NCBI GenBank assembly: GCA_032718475.1
Contig: JAUCBJ010008566.1
Location: 10,477-74,476, forward strand
Reading direction: 5' to 3'
Length of the DNA: 64,000 bases
Source: Nemertoderma westbladi
Taxonomy: Eukaryota; Animalia; Xenacoelomorpha
The position numbers and the translations under genes are program-made. Each line of letters begins with the position of its first letter. Positions within the stretch are counted from its first letter, which is position 1. Under the pieces are notes generated by a model, which was not told the DNA's origin, searched no databases, and saw nothing but the letters and a program-made list of their open reading frames with translations. Positions 24,695-38,900 of this stretch are shown piece by piece.

Positions 24695-26249
24695 ATGACT
24701 GAGTTGATAGAAGATGATCTTGGTATCAGGGAGCGATATACCCTACCATTGCAAGCGTTTGTTGATAGTTTAATACGCGGCGACGCTAGTCCACCCACTA
24801 CGGAAGACGATGGCCGTTATATCGAACCGCCAATGTCAAAGGAACAGCTCACGCGTGAATTGGACTATAGAAAATTCACCGCTCGCTATACGCATCGTAA
24901 TGGTACGTATACAGACTTCTTTACTACTGGCCATCCTATCGATTTACATGATATGGACGATGTAGACACCGAAAGGGAAATGATCCTATTTAAATATCAT
25001 ACCCAGCGGAGTCGGAGCAATAAACTGAGAATCGAACACGAAAATTATATTCGAAACTAACTCGAAAGAGAAGACGTTAAAGAACCAGATAAACGCAGTG
25101 ACTTCAACGTATCTTTGGAATTATTGAGAGAGACATTGTAAAACTGGAGAAAGATCACCAGCGTTTCCCCTACAAGACGTGCGTCTTTGGTATTATTACG
25201 ATGAATGCCCTAGACCCAACCAACACACGGAAAGACATAAACATCCGCGGAGATGTTGCGCTAAACACAGTTTTTACTCGCTATACTTACGGGAGTTTCG
25301 AGCGAAACTTGTTTGCGTATCACCTACGCTCGCTCGACGCAAACGATCCTTAAATAAACCGATGATCAGAGTTCTGGAATACTCGGTCAGACCTTCTCAT
25401 TCCCTAGTGAGACCTCAGACTCTTGATCCTAATAGTATGACGGAACCTCCTTAACTGTACTCATTGTTCAAAGATCTAGTGTTACCCGAACAATTAGTCG
25501 GTAGCACTCCGGTTGTGGGCTCCCTAGATATTCGCCCATTCTACCTAGCCGGATTGGGACGCGGACATCTAATATCGCCATTCAACCCATACAATCGTCC
25601 TGGGTTAACCCCGATACAACCCATCACCGAGGTGGAGGAGAGAGTTGTACGCAACGCGTTAGACACTATTCGACAAAAGATCGGAAAAGGAACCTACGAT
25701 TGTTTAGAGAAACGTAAATTGCAGCAGCAAGTCCAAGCGGTAAACGAATTAGCTTTATCTCAGTTTGATCGAGAAATCCAGAATCTCTAAGAAGATATCG
25801 AACTTGGACGACCCTACTCTCTAAAAGAGTTTTGGACGAATGCTTCCAACGACAAGCGGAGGAAAATCAGCTCGAGGAGAAGCATATCGATTTCAACAGA
25901 GCCCGAGAACGCAAGTCGAAAAGAACCATCAAACCGAGGAAATTTCTCACTACACACGGTCCACCTACCGCTCTCGTGCAAACGACCCGTCAGGAACCAG
26001 TACGAGCTGCTGTCTTAAAACGCGCTCTCAAGGTTGTTCGACCTCATTCCACTGAGGTTGATGCCGATCAACCGGGTACCTCGACCGGCGGATGCACCGA
26101 CCGTAATCCTAAAACCTTCCGATGCAATTGTATTGCACCCTTCACCCAGGAGTTATAGCCCTCCTAGTAAAGTGGCTCGCCCCAAAGAGAAAAGGACTCT
26201 TGCTAGCCTCAAAAAACTGCGGAAACGCCGTTCGCGTAAGAAAGACTAA
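24695..26249 (+). pseudogene. Disrupted additional sense-strand ORF (~500 aa reconstructed) upstream of the 3' LTR; unknown function
   Basis: Consecutive ORF pieces 24695-25060, 25179-25454, 25464-25790, 25832-26249. Homologous peptides at 19270-20240(-), 47046-48330(-) and 1-320. Confidence 0.7.
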
Positions 26250-27639
26250 CTGTTTAGAGTATTTTTATATTTTAGAAACTGTGATTTTTTATATTTTATA
26301 GAATTAAATCCCATTTTCTGGGAGCGGTGTAAAAGCTTTTGCGGATATAACCAGTCATTTTTCTCCGCAATGAACTGTTTAGTTGTTTTAGCGGACATAA
26401 CAAGCCATTTTCTCCGCAATGTACCCTGTAGGTGTTTTAGCGGACATAACAAGCCTTTTTATGCCGCAATACGCCAAATACTCTAAATAGAGTTTAGTTC
26501 AGATGACGAAATCTGTCAGCTGATTTGCTGTCGATGTGGAACTTTCTTTGTTCAGGCTCGCTCGACCAATCAGAGCGATTTTCATTTTATTTTGCACAGA
26601 GGCCTACGGAAAAATGCGCAATGCATTACGGTCTTTGTTTACCTTTCTGAGCGAGAACAACTGCTTGGAAATTATTCTGTACTTCTGTGTTGGAAGTTTC
26701 AGACTTTGGCCAACATTAGACGGCTTTGATTACAAGAACGTAAATCTATTATCTGGCCATCAACTGAATCACTGATGACACATCTGCACCTGTCAACTTG
26801 TCAACTGGACTGACTGGATGCATTACTGGCCCTACTGCACTGTGCAACTGTGCAACTAACCATAACAACTGGTCACTTGGCACCTGCGGTACCGGTATTA
26901 CCGATACTGGCTGAATATCACCGCATTATTGTACTTCTGTTTACTGTCTGTTATTAATGGTGATATGTTGATGGATATGTTGTTATATTTTGAGAATATC
27001 GATAAATAATCATAAAAACCCCAATCTTCTTGATTACTAAAGGTTAGAGGGACCGGTTACCGGTAGCAATTGCGACTTACATTACAGTGGTTTTAGTGTG
27101 CATTAAATGCTATTTCATAATCCCTACATGTGTCAGTTGCTATCCTCCTTATATATGATCAAATTCAGTGACGGCCGGCAGATCAGTGTGAAACAGTGTG
27201 AAGTCGTGTGCAGTAGTGTGACAGATAATAAAGCATCTCCTAAAGAATGCGCTATTTACGAAAATCAGTAGCCATCTCGTTGTGTTTAGTATAAGTCAGA
27301 ACTCTGTTTTATACTTAAAGTGCCACGTCCTAAAGGAACTGTTAATATTTCCCCGAAAGTGAATAATATTGTCAGAGATTATATAGTAACGATCAATCGA
27401 ATAATACAATAGGTCTGCAACGCAATAACTTCAAAGCACCCGAATCCAGTCTCCCTTAACTGTGGGTGAATGATGGCGCATAGACTGGCTTCGGCTAATG
27501 TTACTTCATGTGCATTAAATAATTGTTATAGGCTAAAGTCGATTTATAAACAAGAGGACACCTAAAATTTGCAGGTTAAACTGCTAAAGGTCTGAAAGCG
27601 CGAACAGGGACATAGTATAATATATCAGGTATACTCCAA

Positions 27640-30600
27640 CCAAAGTATATTTGTATCCATCAAACTTTTGTATGAAACGTACCACCCACCGATGGACAAC
27701 AATGATGAGATCAAAAACGAGTTAAAATTAAACGTTTCCTGTGAGAAATATTTGACTCTATTAAATACAAAGTGCAAGCCAACAAACATGGAGAATATTT
27801 TAACCAAACTTACAAAGAACGATATGATTTTGTTGAGCCCAGGTACGTGTATAAACGAGGCACTAGTAAACTCCGTTCTCTACCTCCTAGAGGAAAGCAC
27901 AAATTTTCGTGTAGGCATTTTACCTACAGAGTTTTCGACCAAGCTCAGTACACCACTAAGTGATATGTTTTCCTTGGTCAAATTTGCCAGTAGTAGATAC
28001 AAACGACCAGACATAGAAATTTTGCTAATCCCAGACAATATTCTAATAATCCAATAGGGCACTTTGTATTACATGACGCTATCCATAAGGACAAAGAAAT
28101 TTATACTCTCTGTCCAATGGGAAACCCATATTACACAAACACAACAAAAGCAATATGCAATGTCCTTAACACAATTGATAACCTGATCCCCTGTACGAAA
28201 ACTTTACCCTCAAGTCTAAACTTTGACCAATGGCGCCCAATACAAGCCCCAAACATGTCTCAATTTCCAAAGCAAACAAATAACGTCGACTGTGGGATTT
28301 TTGAGTGTTTGTATTCCTATATGCTTGCTTTCCCTAAAGAAAATAACGATTTTGTCAAGAATATGGCAACTAACGAATGTGCACAGGGTAGAGTTTGGAT
28401 GGCAACTTCCATAGAAAGAAAATCGGTAATTAAAACAAATGCACCTCAAGATGAAAGATTCTTAAACCCTGGCCCAAACTGGCCCAACACTGAACCCAAG
28501 ACCAGCAAACAACAAAAAACTAAATCTGCAGAGAACACAACTGGACGAGTACCAACAATCCCAGGATCACCATGCCCCACACACCCGATCTCAAAACGAA
28601 TCCACCCAGAATGAAATCCACAACGCTGGCTTCCAAGGGAGCCACACAAATTGCGAAAAGCAAACACAGCACTGGATGTATTAAAAATTCTAATCGACTC
28701 GAATATTCTAAGGAACCCTAAAGACATACTTATTCGGGCACTATTACCTATAGGTGGAGCACTCCAAGCATCAACATAAGTGCAATAAACTGTCGCTCCA
28801 TTGATGAACTAGCAGCTGACGTGGCTGAGTTTGCACTGGTTGCTGAAAGCTCCGCAATTACACATTTTTCAACAATTATAGAAACCCCCGACACCTTCAG
28901 CCTTTTCCAACTTGTGGACCTTGTAGCTCTGCAAGTCGAAGTGAAAACAATAAACAGCCAATTGCGAGTAACACAAAGTAAGGTGGATGCCATGGAAAAC
29001 GGCCTAGACGAGTTACAGACACAACAACCTACATCTACCTGCAAATTTTGCTGCAATTCGACCAATCCCAAGCAAGGAAAAGATCACAATGACTCAGACT
29101 CAGAGACTACTCAATCAGACAACACACAACTAAGGAATGAAGGTATCACCAAAGAAACTATCTTGAATAATAACAAACACAGCAACAAAAAGTCAAAAAA
29201 GAAAAAGTCGAAACGTTACAAAAAGAAGAGCAGGAGCAGTAAATTCACCTTTGAGAGTGATACTGATGAAAGTACAGACTATGCAACTATAGATGCGTGT
29301 TCAATGTCCCCACAATCAGAAATAGCTGAACCACTGGACGGTCCACCCCATGAAAGATACCCCAATGGTAAACAAACTGCTTCGCTAACACATGAAAACC
29401 CAACAGCTAAGGATCCACCTAACATAGAGAATACAGAACCAAGCATTGTCAACCCCAAAACCATAGAAGAAGTATTAAATAACGTAAACGTATGGAAATC
29501 AGACAAGCATACTACAAAGCCATACTCAAACCATCTATCTCCATCAACAACCCCAGTTGACACCAGTAACTATTTTGAACACCTAGACCAAGACTCAAAA
29601 CTAGCCACTGTGTTGGAAAACAAAACGCCATACTGAAAGCACTAAAAGAAACCTTAAACAAGAATAATAGGGAAAAAACGGGTAATGGCGAAAGCACAAC
29701 ATCTAACTCAGAAGAAAAAAAGAAAAACACCAGGAGATCAATGGATGAAACAACTGAAACGAAAGAACCAGGGTCTACAAAACTACTGAAGAAAATAATA
29801 GTAAGTGGCCTACCTTCAAACACCAACTCAGTGGATCTCTCGTGCTTCTGTTACAAACAAACAGGGATGTACCCAGTCAATGTGTATGTGAGAGGATATA
29901 AATGTGAACAAAAAGAGGCAACTATAACAATCGAGATGAAAGATCTTGAGACGTATCTCAACCCAAATATGTGGCCTGGTGACAAGCTCCGAACCAGAGA
30001 ACTCGAACCTAACAACACTGGAAAACGCTATAGGTCCACTGATTACACTCCCCCAACTCACAAAATACTCACCCTAACTTCAACTACAGTAAACAATCCG
30101 CCCCGTTTACCCTTTCATACATCCCAAGAGAGAGACACAACCCCATTTTCAGACGCAACCAACTTAATAATCGGGACAACAATGGCTTTAACAGACATCA
30201 ATGGGATAGCAATAAAGACTAATGATATAACCATGGAAATGAAACGCAAAACATACATCTAAACATGCCCTATAGCGCAACATCTACACACCAGAATGTA
30301 AACAATAATCAGGCCCACTATCGCAACAGGAAGTCAACCCGCAACATTGCAGCCCACTATAACCATGGCGATCTACACAGTCGTTTTTAAATACCAAACA
30401 CAATCATTACCACCAGATGTAGGGCCTGCAGTAAATAGCAGATTAGATCATCTTAACCAAAAACCTGAATAAACAAACCAATGAAACCCCAACTATTACA
30501 CCTAAAAAAGCCGAAACACCCCTGATTGTCCTCACATATAAAACTGCACTGGCTATATAAGAAGTAAACATCATATAGAAATCCTCCTAAGAAAGACATC

Positions 30601-32520
30601 TCCAGACATACTAATCATTCAAGAACACTGGCTTAGTGCTGGTGAATCAAAACACCACTTCCACAAGAAACAAATGATGAAAGGCTATACATGTGCAGAT
30701 TACACAGTATCGGACGGTATGTTGGCCATTAAGGCAAGAGTGCGAGGGGAGGGTGGAGTAGCAATATTCCTCAAGTCAGCAATATCACCTTACTCCTCTG
30801 TGTTGAAGACATTATCAGACAGGGTAGTTGGGATAACAATAAAAGGCATCTTTAGCCAGGATATAACTGTTACAGGTATATAAGGAAAACAACCTGAAAG
30901 TCACATTGAAGATGATTCAAACAACCAATCACACCATACGCCAGTACTAACCACTTTCTATCTCCATAGGCTAGAAAATATAAATTACAATGCCAGGTGG
31001 ACCAAAACCTTGTGAAGGAAAGCTTACTTGTTCAAAAATGCATCAATGAAGCAATTAGATTCCTACAAGAAAGATATTGAAGCCTCCATACTATACTACT
31101 GAAGACAACACAATTGATACGGCAGCAGCAGAATCTTTCATAAAGGCTATCTTGACATCTGCCAATAAACATATCCCCTCTACCACACCAAGAAGAAGAA
31201 AGAACTGGAATCCGCAACTATCTAAAAGTAGAAACGCAAGCACCACCAACACCAATAATCGAGAAACGGTAAACCCTGAAAACAAACTCAGGCAGATGCA
31301 GAAAACGAGAGAACTATCAATGCTACAACACAGGATATATCGATAACAAGTCACTACTCTTACTCAAGCATCTTCAACCAGCCCAAACACATTCTGGAAC
31401 AAACTGAAAGAAAGAGATGCACACAACAGCCACCAAATGTCACCAGGCAATGCAAATAACCTATATGACCACTACAAGAATTTCTATAATAACAACAATC
31501 GAAGCCAAATCGCAAAATATAAAACTTCTGAACCGCATCCAAAGTTTCAAGCAGTACCTCATCATCAACAAAATAAAGATAACCATAATGATTTTAACCT
31601 ATTGAGTACAGAAGATATAAACGATGCAATTAAAAAACTGAATAAAGGAAAGGCTGCTGATTCAAACAACATCTCTGTGGAACACCTATGTTATGGAAAC
31701 TCCGAATCTATGTGTAATTTTATTGCTTTTCTCTTTAATGAAATGCGAAGCACGGGATACTTTCCAAACCTTATGTGTTTAGGACTATTGCTCCCACAGT
31801 TGAAGAGCTATGATCGACAAAAAAATCAAATGTCAAGTTACAGAGGTATTTCTATTGTATCGATACTACTGAAATTGTGGGAGCACACAGTGGTGAAGGA
31901 ACTAACATCTATTGACACAAGTTCCCTACAAATGGCATACAAGAAAGGGATGTGCAATGAAACACCATATCTGACAGTTTCAAAACTGATCGAATGGTAT
32001 AACAAGGGCTCATCTCCTTTACACGTAGTATCTTTAGACCTAACATCAGCATTCGACTGCATCAACCATCACTCCTTGGCGTTGGATGCTATATATGTTG
32101 GACAACGTCCTAATGGACCTTTATGACAGCCAATCTTTTGAACAAAAATGATGACCTTTTCAAAATGCCGTGCAATCAATAACCTGTTCAACTGCAACAA
32201 CGATAAAGTTACACATCTGTTTTCAACCATTTTAACACATCATGTCGCAAAAACCTATCATGTTAATCTGATGGATGATTACAACCTTTTATCGTGGCAA
32301 GAAGGTCTCCAGACACTCACTAGCATTGCTACCTGACAATAATGTGTGAAGAAGGTGTTAAAAGGAGCAAAGGTCAGAACTAAAGCTGGAAACATCCCCC
32401 TAACCTTCAAAGAAAAGTTTCACAGCTCTTATTTCCGATCAATCCTAAACAACTGCAATAATGACCATACATCCAAACATACTACAATATTATCGTTCTT
32501 TGGGCTAGAGTAAACCTACA
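27640..32520 (+). mobile_element. Degraded APE-type LINE (RTEX-like motifs): ORF1 region with Ulp1-like protease, coiled coil and RRM-like domain; ORF2 with APE and partial RT
   Basis: IIVSGLP...LNPNMWPG (29790-30000). PDILIIQEHWL and RGEGGVAIF (30600-30775). KLNKGKAAD...EHL, YRGISIVSILLKLWE, SLDLTSAFD (31437-32126). Boundaries approximate. Confidence 0.8.
27810..28330 (+). pseudogene. Ulp1/C48-like cysteine protease remnant
   Basis: LLSPGTCINEALVN, ILLIP, then after a frameshift GHFVL in frame with PKQTNNVDCGIFECLY. Confidence 0.7.
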
Positions 32521-32929
32521 CATCAAACTTTTACAGACTGATCTAGACACCGTTTCTAACCATAAGGTCTTATTTTGTCATATAATCTATGAGATTAATA
32601 TATATTGTTAATGATATTGTTATTATTATTTTATATTTGGTATATTGGTATAGATATATACAACAGTTTGTGCATCTAGCATCCAACATAACATACAGTA
32701 CATGTATGCGTGCTTGTTTCATATTTTATTTATTTTCTGATACAATTTAATCGAATTATGAATATTTTTATTAAGCCTCAATTTTTCTTGTTACTAACTA
32801 TTACAGTTACTATTTGATTATTATTTAGATTAATTACCATAAAAAATAACTAAGTGACTGATATTTTATGACACTATTTTCGACTTTAATTGTAATGGTA
32901 GGAAATCATATATGATATATGATATATAT

Positions 32930-35900
32930 ACAGTGTACACACACAAGGGTAACGGTTGCATTCTGCGACAGTGTACACACACAAGGGTAACGGTTGCATT
33001 CTGCGACAGTGTACACACACAAGGGTAAAGGTTGCATTCAGTGACAGTGTACACACACAAGGGTAACGGTTGCATTCTGCGACAGTGTACACACACAAGG
33101 GTAACGGTTGCATTCAGTGACAGTGTACACACACAAGGGTAACGGTTGCTTTCAGTGACAGTGTACACACACAAGGGTAGCGGTTGCATTCTGCGACAGT
33201 GTACACACACAAGGGTAACGGTTGCATTCTGCGACAGTGTACACACACAAGGGTAACGGTTGCATTCTGCGACAGTGTACACACACAAGGGTAACGGTTG
33301 CATTCTGCGACAGTGTACACACACAAGGGTAACGGTTGCATTCAGCGACAGTGTACACACACAAGGGTAACGCTTGCATTCAGCGACAGTGTACACACAC
33401 AATGGTAACGGTTGCATTCTGGGACAGTGTACAAACTAACAAACACAAGGGTAACGGTTGCATTCTGCGACAGTGTACACACACAAGGGTAACGGTTGCA
33501 TTCAGCGACAGTGTACACACACAAGGGTAACGGTTGCATTCAGCGACAGTGTACACACACAAGGGTAACGGTTGCATCCTACTACAGTGTACACACACAA
33601 GGGTAACGGTTGCATTCTGCGACAGTGTACACACACAAGGGTAACGGTTGCATTCTGCGACAGTGTACACACACAAGGGTAACGGTTGCATTCAGTGACA
33701 ATGTACACACACAAGGGTAACGGTTGCATTCTGCGACAGTGTACACACACAAGGGTAACGGTTGCATTCTGCGACAGTGTACACACACAAGGGTAACGGT
33801 TGCATTCTGCGACAGTGTACACACACAAGGGTAACGGTTGCATTCTGCGACAGTGTACACACACAAGGGTAACGGTTGCATTCTGCGACAGTGTACACAC
33901 ACAAGGGTAACGGTTGCATTCAGCGACAGTGTACACACACAAGGGTAACGCTTGCATTCAGCGACAGTGTACACACACAATGGTAACGGTTGCATTCTGC
34001 GACAGTGTACAAACTAACAAACACAAGGGTAACGGTTGCATTCTGCGACAGTGTACACACACAAGGGTTACGGTTGCATTCAGCGACAGTGTACACACAG
34101 AAGGGTAACGGTTGCATTCAGCGACAGTGTACACACACAAGGGTAACGGTTGCATCCTACGACAGTGTACACACACAAGGGTAACGGTTGCATTCTGCGA
34201 CAGTGTACACACACAAGGGTAACGGTTGCATTCAGTTACAGTGTACACACACAAGGGTAACGGTTGCATCCTACGACAGTGTACACACACAAGGGTAACG
34301 GTTGCATTCTGCGACAGTGTACACACACAAGGGTAACGGTTGCATTCAGTTACAGTGTACACACACAAGGGTAACGGTTGCATTCTGCGACAGTGTACAC
34401 ACGCAAGGGTAACGGTTGCATTCTGCGACAGTGTACACACACAAGGGTAACGGTTGCATTCTGCGACAGTGTACACACACAAGGGTAACGGTTGCATTCA
34501 GCGACAGTGTACACACACAAGGGTAACGGTTGCATTCAGCGACAGTGTACACACACAAGGGTAACGGTTACATTCAGCGACAGTGTACACACACAAGGGT
34601 AACGGTTGCATTCTGGGACAGTGTACACACACAAGAGTAACGGTTGCATTCTGGGACAGTGTACACACACAAGGGTAACGGTTGCATTCTGGGACAGTGT
34701 ACACACACAAGGGTAAAGGTTGCATTCTGGGACAGTGTACACACACAAGGGTAACGGTTGCATTCTGCGACAGTGTACACACACAAGGGTAACGGTTGCA
34801 TTCTGCGACAGTGTACACACACAAGTGTAACGGTTGCATTCTGCGACAGTGTACACACACAAGGGTAACGGTTGCATTCTGCGACAGTGTACACACACAA
34901 GGGTAACGGTTGCATTCTGCGACAGTGTACACACACAAGGGTAACGGTTGCATTCTGCGACAGTGTACACACACAAGGGTAACGGTTGCATTCTGCGACA
35001 GTGTACACACACAAGGGTGACGGTTGCATTTTGCGACAGTGTACACACACAAGGGTAACGGTTGCATTCTGCGACAGTGTACACACACAAGGGTAACGGT
35101 TGCATTCTGGGACAGGGTACACACACAAGGGTAACGGTTGCATTCTGCGACAGTGTACACACACAAGGGTAACGGTTGCATTCTGCGACAGTGTACACAC
35201 ACAGGGTAACCGTTGCATTCTGGGACAGTGTACACACACAAGGGTAACGGTGGCATTCTGGGACAGTGTACACACACAAGGGTAACGGTTGCATTCTGCG
35301 ACAGTGTACACACACAAGGGTAACGGTTGTATTCTGCGACAGTGTACACACACAAGGGTAACGGTTGCATTCTGCGACAGTGTACACACACAAGGGTAAC
35401 GGTTGCATTCTGGGACAGTGTACACACACAAGGGTAACGGTTGCATTCTGCGACAGTGTACACACACAAGGGTAACGGTTGCATTCTGCGACAGTGTACA
35501 CACACAAGGGTAACGGTTGCATTCTGCGACAGTGTACACACACAAGGGTAACGGTTGCATTCTGCGACAGTGTACACACACAAGGGTAACGGTTGCATTC
35601 TGCGACAGTGTACACACACAAGGGTAACGGTTGCATTCTGCGACAGTGTACACACACATGGGCAACGGTTGCATTCTGCGACAGTTGTGTACACACACAC
35701 AAGGGTAACGGTTGCATTCAGCGACAGTGTACACACACAAGGGTAATGGTTGCATTCTGCGACAGTGTACACACACAAAATGGTAACGGTTGCATTCAGC
35801 GACAGTGTACACACACAAGGGTAATGGTTGCATTCTGCGACAGTGTACACGCACAAAATGGTAACGGTTGCATTCTGCGACAGTGTACACACGCAAGGGT

Positions 35901-38900
35901 AAGGGTTGCATTCTGCGACAGTGTACACACACAAGGGTAACGGTTGCATTCAGCGACAGTGTACACACACAAGGGTAACGGTTGCATTCTGGGACAGTGT
36001 ACACACACAATGGTAACGGTTGCATTCTGGGACAGTGTACAAACTAACAAACACAAGGGTAACGGTTGCATTCTGCGACAGTGTACACACACAAGGGTAA
36101 CGGTTGCATTCAGCGACAGTGTACACACACAAGGGTAACGGTTGCATTCAGCGACAGTGTACACACACAAGGGTAACGGTTGCATCCTACGACAGTGTAC
36201 ACACACAAGGTTAACAGTTGCATTCTGCGACAGTGTACACAGACAAGGGTAACGGTTGCATTCAGTGACAGTGTACACACACAAGGGTAACGGTTGCATT
36301 CTGCGACAGTGTACACACACAAGGGTAACGGTTGCATTCTGCGACAGTGTACACACACAAGGGTAACGGTTGCATTCTGCGACAGTGTACACACACAGGG
36401 TAACCGTTGTATTCTGCGACAGTGTACACACACAAGGGTAACGGTTGCATTCTGCGACAGTGTACACACACAAGGGTAACGGTTGCATTCTGCGACAGTG
36501 TACACACACAAGGGTAACGGTTGCATTCTGCGACAGTGTACACACACAAGGGTAACGGTTGCATTCAGCGACAGTGTACACACACAAGGGTAACAGTTAC
36601 ATTCAGCGACAGTGTACACACACAAGGGTAACGGTTGCATTCAGCGACAGTGTACACACACAAGGGTAACGGTTGCATTCTGGGACAGTGTACACACACA
36701 AGGGTAACGGTTGCATTCTGCGACAGTGTACACACACAAGGGTAACGGTTGCATTCTGCGACAGTGTACACACACAAGGGTAACGGTTGCATTCTGCGAC
36801 AGTGTACACACACAAGGGTAACGGTTGCATTCTGGGACAGTGTACACACACAAGGGTAACGGTTGCATTCTGCGACAGTGTACACACACAAGGGTAACGG
36901 TTGCATTCAGCGACAGTGTACACACACAAGGGTAACGGTTGCATTCTGGGACAGTGTACACACACAAGGGTAACGGTTGCATTCTGCGACAGTGTACACA
37001 CACAAGGGTAACGGTTGCATTCTGCGACAGTGTACACACACAAGGGTAACGGTTGCATTCTGCGACAGTGTACACACACAAGGGTAACGGTTGCATTCTG
37101 GGACAGTGTACACACACAAGGGTAACGGTTGCATTCTGCGACAGTGTACACACACAAGGGTAACGGTTGCATTCTGCGACAGTGTACACACACAAGGGTA
37201 ACGGTTGCATTCTGCGACAGTGTACACACACAAGGGTAACGGTTGCATTCTGCGACAGTGTACACACACAAGGGTAACGGTTGCATTCTGCGACAGTGTA
37301 CACACACAAGGGTAACGGTTGCATTCTGCGACAGTGTACACACACATGGGCAACGGTTGCATTCTGCGACAGTTGTGTACACACACACAAGGGTAACGGT
37401 TGCATTCAGCGACAGTGTACACACACAAGGGTAATGGTTGCATTCTGCGACAGTGTACACACACAAAATGGTAACGGTTGCATTCAGCGACAGTGTACAC
37501 ACACAAGGGTAATGGTTGCATTCTGCGACAGTGTACACGCACAAAATGGTAACGGTTGCATTCTGCGACAGTGTACACACGCAAGGGTAAGGGTTGCATT
37601 CTGCGACAGTGTACACACACAAGGGTAACGGTTGCATTCAGCGACAGTGTACACACACAAGGGTAACGGTTGCATTCTGGGACAGTGTACACACACAATG
37701 GTAACGGTTGCATTCTGGGACAGTGTACAAACTAACAAACACAAGGGTAACGGTTGCATTCTGCGACAGTGTACACACACAAGGGTAACGGTTGCATTCA
37801 GCGACAGTGTACACACACAAGGGTAACGGTTGCATTCAGCGACAGTGTACACACACAAGGGTAACGGTTGCATCCTACGACAGTGTACACACACAAGGTT
37901 AACAGTTGCATTCTGCGACAGTGTACACAGACAAGGGTAACGGTTGCATTCAGTGACAGTGTACACACACAAGGGTAACGGTTGCATTCTGCGACAGTGT
38001 ACACACACAAGGGTAACGGTTGCATTCTGCGACAGTGTACACACACAAGGGTAACGGTTGCATTCTGCGACAGTGTACACACACAAGGGTAACGGTTGCA
38101 TTCAGCGACAGTGTACACACACAAGGGTAACGGTTGCATTCAGCGACAGTGTACACACACAAGGGTAACGGTTGCATTCAGCGACAGTGTACACACACAA
38201 GGGTAACGGTTGCATTCTGGGACAGTGTACACACACTAGAGTAACGGTTGCATTCTGGGACAGTGTACACACACAAGGGTAACGGTTGCATTCTGGGACA
38301 GTGTACACACACAAGGGTAAAGGTTGCATTCTGGGACAGTGTACACACACAAGGGTAACGGTTGCATTCTGCGACAGTGTACACACACAAGGGTAACGGT
38401 TGCATTCTGCGACAGTGTACACACACAAGGGTAACGGTTGCATTCTGCGACAGTGTACACACACAAGGGTAACGGTTGCATTCTGCGACAGTGTACACAC
38501 ACAAGGGTAACGGTTGCATTCTGCGACAGTGTACACACACAAGGGTAACGGTTGCATTCTGCGACAGTGTACACACACAAGGGTAACGGTTGCATTATGC
38601 GACAGTGTACACACACAAGGGTAACGGTTGCATTCTGCGACAGTGTACACACACAAGGGTGACGGTTGCATTCTGCGACAGTGTACACACACAAGGGTAA
38701 CGGTTGCATTCTGCGACAGTGTACACACACAACGGTAACGGTTGCATTCTGGGACAGTGTACACACACAAGGGTAACGGTTGCATTCTGTGACAGTGTAC
38801 ACACACAAGGGTAACGGTTGCATTCTGCGACAGTGTACACACACAGGGTAACCGTTGCATTCTGGGACAGTGTACACACACAAGGGCAACGGTGGCATTC

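Larger units (their letters stand above)
20251..27606 (+). mobile_element. BEL/Pao-family copy B: 5'-truncated 5' LTR (20251-21014), 1.9-kb leader, truncated gag, 3' region, 3' LTR (26328-27606)
   Basis: 20251-21014 nearly identical to 26843-27606. Internal sequence colinear with copy C except for a ~5-kb deletion at ~23490. Confidence 0.93.

Noticed and set aside
18009-27611. Single DIRS-like or TIR element with inverted LTRs
   Set aside because: No TSD, no tyrosine recombinase or transposase; explained as two fused BEL copies.
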